Both the position numbers and the translations under genes were made by a program. This document shows positions 10,201-22,200 of a stretch of 64,000 nucleotides of DNA, piece by piece. The notes beneath the pieces are model-generated. The model saw nothing but the letters and a program-made list of their open reading frames with translations. It was not told where the DNA came from and made no database searches. The DNA lies in assembly GCA_000708835.1 (NCBI GenBank), contig DF237161.1:23880-87879 (forward strand). The letters are read 5' to 3'. The stretch comes from Klebsormidium nitens (Eukaryota > Plantae > Klebsormidiophyceae). The first letter of the stretch is position 1. The number at the start of each line of letters is the position of its first letter.

Positions 10201-13200
10201 CTATGGCGCGTTGTTTCCAGGTCCCTGCTCTCGGCCCTCTCGAGAGTCGGACGGCCGATATTGCCGCTGTTGTTGTTGCTGCTGCTGTTGCTGCTGCTGC
10301 AGTGCTTGTTGCAAGGCGAAGGTTTGAATCATGAGCGCCATCTGCGCTTGAGCGGCCGGATGCTGTGGCATCGCCCCCGGCCACCCTGCCATTCCCACGT
10401 TGGGGAAGAACATATCGGGGCGCACTGCCGCATGATGCCCCTCGGGCACGGGCCCCTGCTGCATCCACGGAGGCAAGCTCCCCGGCCCCACGTTCCGCGG
10501 CATGTCTCGTGCACCGCCCCCATCCTGGGCGGGACCCCCCGCCTCCCGCGCAGCCGCCATGGCCTCGTATGCTGTGCGCATGTTGTCCATGCTAATCCCG
10601 CCAGGGCCGTCTGAAAGAGCCAGCCCTCCGCCCCCGCCCCCCATTTCTCTTCCCCCGCCCCTGTTGCCCGGTGCTGTGCCCTCGAGCGGACGCCGCTCCC
10701 CCCCTTGTCCGGCCCTGTCCCTTAACATCCCGCTCGCTTCGCTCTTCGAGCGCGTCCCGCCGTCGCTTGCCATTCTCATGCCCTCGTGCCCCTTCTTGTC
10801 GCCGCTTGCCTCCGCACCATGCCGCCCCCCATCGCGGTCCCTGTCGGGCAGTGCTGCGCGCGGGTCCAGTGCTAGCAGGCGCGCCATGGCCTCCTGCAGG
10901 CTGCTGCCGCTCATCGGCGAGGCCGCCCCCTCGACCCCTCGGGAGCTGCGCCCCTCGTTTGCCTCCTCCCGTGCGCGCGGTCCCCCTCCCTGCTCGTGCT
11001 CCGTCGGGCGCTGCTCGACCATCCAGTGCGGCAGCGCGGACGGGCCGCCCTCGGGCCGCCCCCACCCGGTCCCCCCGCCCGAGGCGCTCGCTGCCCAAAA
11101 AGGCGGCTCCGTACGGCCGTCCTCCTTCCTCTCGTCCGACCCCCTGCGGTCCAGCCCGTCTCGAGCGCTGTGCAGGGAGTGCGGCGGGGGGGGCCGCTCC
11201 AGAGAAAGGCCCTCCGGGCCCCGGAAGCCCTCGGAGGAGCGGGGCACGGGGGCGTGCACGGCGGGGCGGAGGGGCTGCTGGGGAGGGGACGACTGTGGGC
11301 CCACCGACTGGCCAAACAGCTTGATGCTGCCCGAACTGGCCCGCAGCGAGGAAGCGGGCGGCGGGGCAGCCGTGGGACGGGGCTGCAAGGGAAAAGAAGG
11401 GGCGAGTGAGAGCAGGAAGAATTCGATGGGCCCCCGGACTGAGTAAGGTGGCAACCCAATTGGTCTGTCAAGGACTCCCGTGCAACCGGTTTGCCAGACA
11501 GCTTGCCTGTACTTGGCAGGCAGGGCGTGCAACAACAACTTGCCCCGTAATGTGCAGCGATGCAAGGACGCTCGGGACTTAGCAATATGCCAGAAAGTTC
11601 GACACCATGAGCTCTAGGAGGAAATTCCGTGCCAGCACAAACCGGTCCCCCAACCGAACCATCGCCCGGACGGAATCCGCTGTTGGGAGAGCAGTGGCGT
11701 CGTGCGTCACCTGCTCTTGCTCGTGCAGCTCGTGCTGCTGGCTGGATCGCATGGTCTGCAGGGGCGGCGGCGAGAGGGACCGCATGTCGTCCAGGGGGGT
11801 GGACCGCCCCTTGCTGCTCGGGCCCCGGCCCTCGCCCACGTCCGACGAGTTGGGCCGCTCGCGCAGGCCTGCACGACGAGCGAAGAAATGGTTTCAAACG
11901 TGTGCAGAAATGCAGCAAGTACGATGCATCCCGCTTCAAATTCTGTGCTCCAATCAGGTCACCTTGGCCTCTTTAGAGGCCCAACTCTTAAAACTTAGCA
12001 GTCCCTGACAGTGCGCACCGCGGCGTGTCGCGTGTGTGTATCCCCCACCTGCGTCGCGCTGCCCCTGCCCGCCTGGCGCGGCCTGCCCCGCGGCGCTGCG
12101 CAGCGCTGCTGCCATGTAGTCGTCGGGCAGGCGCTGGCCCATCTGCTGCTGCACCTCCAGGCTGTGCTGCAGCTCCTGCTCCGACGGCCGCCGTGGGGGG
12201 CCGCCGAACGGGCCCAGCCGAGGAGGGGCACCGCCGGCAGCAGCTGCAGCAGCGGCAGCGACAGCCTGCACAGGCGAGCACCACGTGAGTGACACGTGTC
12301 CTCTGCCAGGCGAAGCTTTGTGCAAGTAGGTCGAGACGAATTCGGAGCACTCTACTGAGGATATGCAGATTTGTGGTCGGTGTGAATCACATAGTACCTC
12401 CAGCACTGCTGGTCGTTCTGCAGATACTGCGGGTCAGATCCGGGTTCGAGCATTTCCTTTCACGAGCACACCTGAGCACGTCTGCCTTTCGGGCTTGACA
12501 TGTTTCGCTCCCCGTAGCTCAGACTTCGGGCTGTACTCACCATCTGCGGGGGTATGCCGGCCTGGCCGAGCCCCCCCATGAGCATGGGCATCAACCCCGG
12601 GAAGAGGAAGGGCGGGAACATCCCCGGAGGGAACGCGGCCGGGCCCCCCATGCCGTTGGCCTGCATGAGCAGGGCCAGCTGGCGGTGCTGCTCGCTCACG
12701 TCCACTGGAAGCCGAGCGCTTGGCTGCATGAACGGGTTGGCCAGCCCCGCCGGCTTGCCTCCCATACTACCGCCACCGCCCCCGCCGCTGCCGCCGCCAG
12801 GCCCCGCTCCCTGCAGCAGCGCTGCAAAGCCGGAGCTGCCGCCGGCAGAGCGGGCCGGCTGCTCCTCCCCTCGGATGGCGCCCTTCCCCAGGAAGCTGGG
12901 AGTCGCTGCAAACGACGGGGCAGCCTCCTGCCGAGGTGGTCCCGCGTTGATCCCCCCCATCTCGGGCTGCTCGTCTTCGAGCTTGCGCTTCTTCTGGGGG
13001 GGGAGACGACTTCCAGGGGCGGGGTGGGCTTGGCTTGGGGCTGGGGGCGGCGTCATGGGGCGCACCCGCCCTGGCAGCGGGATGGTGAGAGACGCAGAGC
13101 CGGCCAACCCGGGCTGGGCGACCTCCCGAGAGGACGGCGGCTCGCTGTGCTTGGAAGTGTCGAATGTGGCTGCAAGTGCAAAGGGAGGAGAGAAAACTGG

Positions 13201-16200
13201 TCAGCAGGCAGCACTGCAATGAGGAGTGCCGGCCGAGGTCAAGTGCAAAACTACCTTTCTGAAGGAAGAGTGTATGCAGAGAACCACCACAAGACTGACC
13301 TCCTTTCAAACTTGCCCGCGATTTGATGCAAACCATTCGAAAGCAAAAGCTTGCGGAGTTCGTTGTAAGAGGGACGAGAACGCACAGCTGACGGGCATGC
13401 ACAGGGGCTGGAAGGACCCCTCGTTGCATTGCTCAGCAAGAATTTGTTTGAGGCAGGCGGCCTGACCTGCGAGCAGCTTGGCGGCGCGCTCGCTCTCGAG
13501 GTGCGCCTGCAGCTTTTGCAGCTGCTGCACCTGGTCCGGGCTGAACACCTCGCGCAGGCCCTCCGGGAGGGGCGGTGTCGCGGCGAGCGCGCGGGCAGGC
13601 GGCGCAGCTGGAGCAAACGAGGCGCGGAGTCAACAGGCAAGCGACCAATCTTAGCTCATCTGCTGGATCTGACAACGGGATTTGCCAACAACTGCTGCCA
13701 ACTGCAAGATTCGGCTTCAGATATGAAGCAAGATCGTGAGAAGAAGGAAAGGAATTTGAGCAAAGCTAGAGGCTTTCGCTTGGACTCTGCAAGCAACGAA
13801 ACTTGCTGAGCACGCGACAGGCTCTTTGCAACTGTGTGGAAACCAGGAGGGATAGAAGAATTCCTTACGTGTGGGGGTGCTCTCCCTCTCCCNNNNNNNN
13901 NNNNNNNNNNNNNNNNNNNNNNNNNNNNNNNNNNNNNNNNNNNNNNNNNNNNNNNNNNNNNNNNNNNNNNNNNNNNNNNNNNNNNNNNNNNNNNNNNNNN
14001 NNNNNNNNNNNNNNNNNNNNNNNNNNNNNNNNNNNNNNNNNNNNNNNNNNNNNNNNNNNNNNNNNNNNNNNNNNNNNNNNNNNNNNNNNNNNNNNNNNNN
14101 NNNNNNNNNNNNNNNNNNNNNNNNNNNNNNNNNNNNNNNNNNNNNNNNNNNNNNNNNNNNNNNNNNNNNNNNNNNNNNNNNNNNNNNNNNNNNNNNNNNN
14201 NNNNNNNNNNNNNNNNNNNNNNNNNNNNNNNNNNNNNNNNNNNNNNNNNNNNNNNNNNNNNNNNNNNNNNNNNNNNNNNNNNNNNNNNNNNNNNNNNNNN
14301 NNNNNNNNNNNNNNNNNNNNNNNNNNNNNNNNNNNNNNNNNNNNNNNNNNNNNNNNNNNNNNNNNNNNNNNNNNNNNNNNNNNNNNNNNNNNNNNNNNNN
14401 NNNNNNNNNNNNNNNNNNNNNNNNNNNNNNNNNNNNNNNNNNNNNNNNNNNNNNNNNNNNNNNNNNNNNNNNNNNNNNNNNNNNNNNNNNAGAAGAATTC
14501 CTTACGTGTGGGGGTGCTCTCCCTCTCCCTCTCCCTCTCCCTCTCCCTCTCCTTTTCCTTTTCCTTCTCCTTCTCTTTGTCTCTCTCCTTGTCCTTGTCC
14601 TTGTGCCGCTCCTTGTCCTTCTCCGCCTGCGCGGCCTCCCGCTCAAGCTCCTTGAGCCGCTTGGCCTTGGAGTTCTGGAAGTGCGTGCGCAGCTGCTGCA
14701 GCGTCTTGTTGGGGAACGCCTCCTGCAGCTGCTCCCAGTCCTTCTTCTTGCCCTGCCGCGTCATCATCTCCCCGAACCGGTCCTTCTCCTCCTGCGTCCA
14801 CACCGCAATCTTGCGCTCGCCCGGCGTCTTGTCCCCCCCGTCCCTCTTCTTGCCCGCTGCCGCCGCCGCGGGCGCCTGCTTCCCGGGACCCAGGATCGGC
14901 TCCCCGCTGGACTCGTCGGAGTCCCCCCCCGCCAGCAGCGCCGTGAACGTCTCCGCCTCCGGGACGTCCTGCTCCGGCGCCGCCTTCTTGGTCCGCGGCT
15001 TGGCCTTCTTCTCCGGCCCCTTGGCAGGCCGCGCCTGCGCAGACACCTCCCCCGCCTCGTCGCCCTCCTTGTCGCTGCAGCTCAGCGACCCCTCCGTCGC
15101 CATCAGTGACATCTCGTGCCCGTCCGCTGCCCCGCCCTCCTCTTTCGGCAGGACCGCCCGCCACAGCGACGGGGCCCCGTGCACCGACCCTTCCAGGTCC
15201 TCGGAGGCCGCCTTCCCCGACCGCTCCCCTTTCACAGACGACGCCTTGCCCTCTCCCGACTTCTTCGGCTTCGGCTTCATAGGCTTCGGCTCAACCCCCT
15301 GGCTGCCCGGCCCCGCCTCCTCGCCCTTCGGCTTGCCTGCCTTTTTCTTCGGTGGCCCCCCTGCCTCCGCCGCCCCGACTGTCTTCTCGACCTTCTTCTT
15401 CTTCTTCGGCCGCTGCGCGTCCCCCCCTGCTCCCACCAGCGAGCCCTTCCTTTTCAGCACCTCCCCGAGGGGCCGCATCTCCATCTCGTCTGCGCTGTCG
15501 CTGAGCCCCTCCTTTGCCTCCAGCAGCGTCATGGCGGCCCGCAGCTCGTCGTCCGCCCCCCCCGGCAGCGACGTCGGCGACTTCTGCACCCCCGGGGCCA
15601 CGCCGGCGGGGGGCTTCACCACCAGCGTCGGCTTCGTCGGCGGCGCCGCGCTGGCCTTGACCTCCTGCTCCTTGCGCCCCAGGATGGCCGCCTTCTCCTG
15701 CACCTTGGCCAGCCCCAGCTGCAGCTCCCGCTTCAGCTCCTCGTTCGACACCTTCTTGCCAAACGGCGCCGCCTCCTTGGCGCCCCCCGCTGCGCCACCC
15801 GCCACCTCCAGGGCGCCCTTGTCCGCAGACCCCTGGCCCTTGATGCTGGCCACCTCAGCAATCGTGCGGTCCTCGTCGCTCTCGCTCGCCACCCCAACCT
15901 TCTCGCCGGTACCCACCTCCGGCGCAGCCCCATTGTTGGCGGCGCCCCCGTCCTCCGGCCCTGCGCCCGGTGTGCCCTTGAGGCTGCGCTCCTCGAGCAG
16001 GCGGTCCAGCCCCAGGCGCTTGCGGCTCTTGCTGAAGAACGCCTTGCACTGCGCGCTGCTCTTGCTGCCCACGCGCGCCGCCACCTGTNNNNNNNNNNNN
16101 NNNNNNNNNNNNNNNNNNNNNNNNNNNNNNNNNNNNNNNNNNNNNNNNNNNNNNNNNNNNNNNNNNNNNNNNNNNNNNNNNNNNNNNNNNNNNNNNNNNN

Positions 16201-19200
16201 NNNNNNNNNNNNNNNNNNNNNNNNNNNNNNNNNNNNNNNNNNNNNNNNNNNNNNNNNNNNNNNNNNNNNNNNNNNNNNNNNNNNNNNNNNNNNNNNNNNN
16301 NNNNNNNNNNNNNNNNNNNNNNNNNNNNNNNNNNNNNNNNNNNNNNNNNNNNNNNNNNNNNNNNNNNNNNNNNNNNNNNNNNNNNNNNNNNNNNNNNNNN
16401 NNNNNNNNNNNNNNNNNNNNNNNNNNNNNNNNNNNNNNNNNNNNNNNNNNNNNNNNNNNNNNNNNNNNNNNNNNNNNNNNNNNNNNNNNNNNNNNNNNNN
16501 NNNNNNNNNNNNNNNNNNNNNNNNNNNNNNNNNNNNNNNNNNNNNNNNNNNNNNNNNNNNNNNNNNNNNNNNNNNNNNNNNNNNNNNNNNNNNNNNNNNN
16601 NNNNNNNNNNNNNNNNNNNNNNNNNNNNNNNNNNNNNNNNNNNNNNNNNNNNNNNNNNNNNNNNNNNNNNNNNNNNNNNNNNNNNNNNNNNNNNNNNNNN
16701 NNNNNNNNNNNNNNNNNNNNNNNNNNNNNNNNNNNNNNNNNNNNNNNNNNNNNNNNNNNNNNNNNNNNNNNNNNNNNNNNNNNNNNNNNNNNNNNNNNNN
16801 NNNNNNNNNNNNNNNNNNNNNNNNNNNNNNNNNNNNNNNNNNNNNNNNNNNNNNNNNNNNNNNNNNNNNNNNNNNNNNNNNNNNNNNNNNNNNNNNNNNN
16901 NNNNNNNNNNNNNNNNNNNNNNNNNNNNNNNNNNNNNNNNNNNNNNNNNNNNNNNNNNNNNNNNNNNNNNNNNNNNNNNNNNNNNNNNNNNNNNNNNNNN
17001 NNNNNNNNNNNNNNNNNNNNNNNNNNNNNNNNNNNNNNNNNNNNNNNNNNNNNNNNNNNNNNNNNNNNNNNNCTGTCCGAACTCCTTGCCGTACTCGCGG
17101 ATCGCCGCCACGAACGTCTGCCGCTCCAGGTCCGTCCACTGCAGCGCCGGGTCCTCGGGGGACGCCAGCCCCAGCACGCGCTCCTCGCTGCCCGCGCCAG
17201 TGGGGGTACCGGTATCCAGCCACGGCCGCTCCTTGCGCCCCAGGTTGCTGCGGGCGCCCTTACTGCTCACCCGCTTGATCACCCCCTCGCTCGCCGGCCC
17301 AGGCTCGGCGTTGGCCTCCCCGCCCACTGGCCCTTCGCTCTGTTCCGGTCTTGGAGGTCCCCCCCGGAACTTGAGCTTGTCGCGCTTCTTCTTGCGGGGG
17401 GGGGCGTCCCCAGAGATGGGGTCCAAGAGACCGCCCCGGTCGGCGCGAACGACAGCGGAAACAGCAGCAGCAGCCACCTGAACAGCGGAGAAGGGCAAAA
17501 ATTGAGCAACGACGGGACTCATCACGGAAAGGGCGTAATGAACGGAAATGGTCATTACCAGACAAGTCCTCAGCCAAGGCTTGCAAACCAGGACTGAATA
17601 GGGACCGAAAGCCAGCTCACAGCAGAAGTGCGCTGCGGAGGAGCAAAGAAGAGGGTTTGCATACTTGATTTGCACACTGCTCTGAAGTCTCCGGATGGTT
17701 GCACGCTTGGGCACGCCAATCATGTATTTCGTCAAATCAGTGGAACTAAGGGAATCGTCAACGGAATCCTTTTGGTCCCTCACCTTGCTCTGGCTCCCCC
17801 TCTCCACGTCGGCGGGCATGCTGGGCGGCTTGCCGCGGTCCATGGCCCTGCGCGCGGCCTTGCTGCTCTCCTTCATGACAGCCGTGAGCGCGGGCAGCGC
17901 CTCTACGCGCGCCGCGTTAGCCTCGCGGTCGCGGCGGCCCGTGGTGCCGGCCAGCGCGTTGACGCCCATGAACGAGTTGTTGCCGCGGTAGTCGCGCCGC
18001 TTCTTGAGCTGCTGCCGGCGGCGCACCTTGTCGAAGTCCTCGCTCTTCTGGTGCAGGTAGTAGAAGCGGATGCAGTCGGCCGTGCTCTTGTGCTCCAGGA
18101 AGGACGCAATCTTCTTGAAGTTCTTGTTGTACCTGACCACCAACCAGCGCCACCATGTCAGGAGGCAACAGGGTATCTTAACGTTGCCTCCAACAACCAA
18201 GGAGGGGCCAACAGGATTGCAGATGCGATTTCTGCGTGCCTCAAGCAGAGCCAGAAAACGAGTTTGCAGCAGCTGCGGGCTCTACGACTTCCGTCCCAGC
18301 ATGAGCAGCGCCATCTACTAGGAGTCAAGGTTCGCCATGTAGTACAAGGAGAATAAAAACAAGTACCGCTGGTTACGTGTTGGCTGACCCCTTTCGAGGA
18401 CTCCTAGGGACTGTCGACCATCTTCCTAAACAGGGTTCCGAGGATGGAAGGTCTTAACTGTATTGCAAGGCGATCTGCACTCTCCTTATCCTACGCACCC
18501 AAACCCCGAATTGTAACAAGCAGAGCGGCTCAGACGCGGAGGGTGAGCGTGGTGCTCACACTGTGTACTTTTCGAGGAAGAGCTTGCGCTCGGCGTCGGT
18601 CCAGGGGTTGACCAGCTTGTGCAGCGCCGCCTCCTGCACGGGGTCGCGCACGAGCGCGTTGCGCGTCACAAACTTGTGCGCGGCGCGCTCCTCGTCCGTC
18701 AGGATCATGGGCGTCATCTTGAGGTGCCCGCGCACCTCGCCGCCCGGCTCCGCCAGCAGCCGCGACACGATCTGCACGCATCACACCGTCAGCCCACTGG
18801 AAGTGCTAGGATGTTTAAGCAAGCAAGCAGCACGAAAAGCCTAGCACAGACAGAGCCTTGACGACGTTTCAAGCGTCATCGCTCTTGCATCCCGCTACGA
18901 ACTTTATTAGACTTCCTGCACTGAGAAGAACAGAATCAAACTCGGAAAATCGTCGAGCCAGTCTCGAGCTGCAGGCGTTGCCCACCTGCAGTTCCTCGGC
19001 GTCGAGCTTCCCTCCCGGGCGGAAGCGCTGCGAGGACTTGGGCGGCGCCTTGGCGTCGGCGGCTTTGCGGTCACTGCCGCTCTCCATACGCCGGATGGCC
19101 TTGTCCTTGGACAGCCGCGGGGTCTCGCGCGCCTTGCCCAGCGCCGGCCGCGCAGGCACGCCCTCAAGCTCCTGCCGCCACAGGGCGCGCAGGAAACGGT

Positions 19201-22200
19201 ACCTGGGAAAGACGCAAAGGAGAGGCGTCAGCATGCGGTCCATACTGGGGGCCGAGGGGCTTTCTAGTTATTTCAAAGGTTGCCCAGCCTGCACAACGGG
19301 GACCCACGCGCTCTTACATTCCCACCTGACATCCTGCGACCGAAAGGCTGAATAGTGTCTCCGCCCCTGAGCAGATGCTCGCTGAAGCCTAGGCACAAGC
19401 CAATATGAAAAGTTGCACAACACTCGCCCGGGTGACCACGCAGTTGCACGTACTCGACCCAGCAGCGCGCACATGGCGCCAGGTCTCTGCCTCGTGTCTC
19501 ACCTCAGGGCGAGCACGCGCTCCGTAAAGGCGAGGTCCCGCTTCTTCTCCTGGAGGCGCGCCCGGAGGACCTCCTCGATGCGCGCATGCGCCTCCTCGTT
19601 GACCTGCCAGTAGGGCGCCTCCTCGGGGCACGTGTAGAGCGGCCCATCGCCTAGCTGGCACCCCGCGGGCAGCAGGTGCTGCAGCCCGGCCTCGCTGCGC
19701 CGCGCCGCCTCGCGGTTCGCCCAGATGCGCGCCTGGACGAACACGGCGCGGTCCTGGCAGCCCGCGCTCAGGATCAGCTCATCGGCTTTGGGCTCCAACT
19801 TAGGCACGGCTTTGGGCGGCGGCGGGTGCTGCTCGGTGAGGTAGCGCGCGAGGCCGTCCTGGCTCGCAATGATCTGCTCGAATTTGAGGAACGGGTCAGG
19901 GCCCCCCATGGCCAGCGGATCGAAGTCCCGCTTCGCCTGCAGCGCCGCGGCAGGCTCCTTGACCTCTGCCGCTGCCCCCTCTGTTCCCCTTTCGTCTCCC
20001 TCTGGCTTGGCTGCGGCTTCCTCCCCGGCTTCAGGAACTTCTTGCGCTGCAGCCCCGGTCTCCTGCTTGCCTGCACCGGTGTCGGGTGACAGGTCCCCGT
20101 TGCCGGCCACTGCCCACTTCCACTTTAAGCTCCCCGCCTTGCTTGGAGGGCCCTCACTCGCCTTGGGCGTCCGCCCTTTCCCTGGCCCCTCCTCTGCAGC
20201 AGCCTCCCCGCCTTTCTCCGCCCCCTCCTCTTCCGTAGGGGCCTCTTCCTTCTCAGTCCCAGTCCCGCCCAGCTGCTTGCTGCCAGCCACCCCTTCAATC
20301 CCCGTCTCTTGGCTCAACCCTTCCGCAGTTGTCGCTCCTTCCGCCTCTTGGGAACCCTTCATTGCCTCTGCCTGCACGCCCACTATTCCGGTCGCTTCCG
20401 CCAACGCCTGCGCCGTCGGGGTGCTCGCCAGCGCCCCGCTCTTCTCCAGCGATGCCATCCGCGACAGCTGCCTCTCCAGCCGCTCAATCTCCGAGTCCAC
20501 CTGCTCCATCTCCGACAGGATCACGTCTTTACTCGGCTCTCCCGTCCCGACCTCTTCGGCGGCTGCCCCCTCCCCAGGCTTCTCGGTCGCTGCCGGTCCA
20601 TCCTCTTCTGTTTCCTCCACTTTCCGCTCCCCTTCTGCCACCCCCTCAGCCACCACGGGACCGTCCACCTGCATGGGGCTAGATTGGTCCTCGGTTTTCT
20701 CAGCCGCCTCAACCCGTGCCTGTGGCGGGGGGGTCTTCTGGCCACTCTCCAGACCCCCCCTCTCCCCCACGCTGGCCAGCACTGCCTCCTTCAGGTTTAC
20801 GGCTTCCGAGGGAGTGCGCCCCAACGACCCCTCTCCCGCCTCTACTGCCCCGTCCTTCCTGAAGCCCGCATCGCTGCGTAGATAGTCTTCCGGCTTCCAC
20901 GCTGCCCCGCCCAGCCCCAGGCTGCCGCTGTCGCTGCGATGGAACCCCGTGGAGAACAACCCCGGCGACGCTCCGTACGGCCGGGTCTCCAGGTAGCTGC
21001 GGCGAGGCCCGTCCTGATACGGCGACGTCAAGCGCGCCGCGTCCCCAAAGGGGCTGCGGTGCGAGGGCTCCGGGAGGCTGGAGCCAACTAGAGACGAGAA
21101 GGTCATGGGCTGGGTGGACGCGCTGAGGGGGAAGGCGGGCGGCTCCTCTTTGCTGGGCTGCGGGAAGGTGGGGCTCAAAGGGCTTGTCGGGATGGAGTCG
21201 GACGGGTTGACCGGCTTCGCTGCGCCCGCGTCGGATGCCCTGCATGAGCGACAAATGATAATTGAGCAAACAGAATACCTAGGGGCAAGAATTAAGAGGC
21301 GGGATTCGTCTCGACTGCACGAGTTGGCGATTGGTGAGAAGAGGAACGATAGCGCCGTGTGCTGCACTTATATGAAAATTGAGAGCAAGCTCACGGAGTC
21401 TCAAGTGAAATGCAACTCTAGCAGAAGTTGCTAATAAAGGCGTGCATACCAGTGTGTACATTTAACAAGACGACTGAGCACGGTGGAGCAAGGAATCAAA
21501 AATAGAGTTGCCGTCTGAGTGCACTTGCCCTGCGGGCGACTGCTCCTCCAGCCTTGGAGTCCTGATTGGCGCCAAGCCCTCCGGCGCTGAGACCAGCCCC
21601 ATCGCCGCCGACAAGCTCTGCGGCCAGGGGGACGCCTTGACTGCTGGAGACGCTTCTACGGTGGCCGGACCCATGTCAACACTAACGACAGGGCCCTCCT
21701 TGGGAGCCGCCTCCCTAGGTTTCACCGGCCCCTCTTTCTCCGTCAGCGCAGACAGGCTCTGCGGCCATGTCATGGGCGGTTCCGTCTTGGGTGGCACCTC
21801 TTTCTCGGAGAGGGCCGACAGACTCTGCGGCCAGGGGGAGCTCTTGCCGACCTTGGGGGTGACAGCCTCCGCTTTGATCGTCGGGGCCTGCGGATCTGGG
21901 ACAGGCGCCTGCGACGGCTGCGCCTTTGGCGCACCTGCCTCGCTGTCTAGCGCCAGAGCTTCGGAGACGGCAGTCTTCAACAGCAAGTCGACCAGCTTGC
22001 CAGAGTCAGGAGTGGCTGGGCTGGCCTCTACTCGGGCACGCTCGCTCTCTGCCTCTGCCGCTTCAGCTGGCGGCGCCTCCTTGCCTTCGTCCTTGTGCAT
22101 CTGCAGACTGTTGACTACCCCCCCCTCTGGCTCCGCCGTGTGCGCCACGCTCTTGCTCTCCGAGACGGCCGGCGAGACGCCCACACTCTCGGGGCCGGCA

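Noticed and set aside
13717-18200. Very long ORFs of 273-1264 aa in the track
   Set aside because: They are inflated by translation through N runs.
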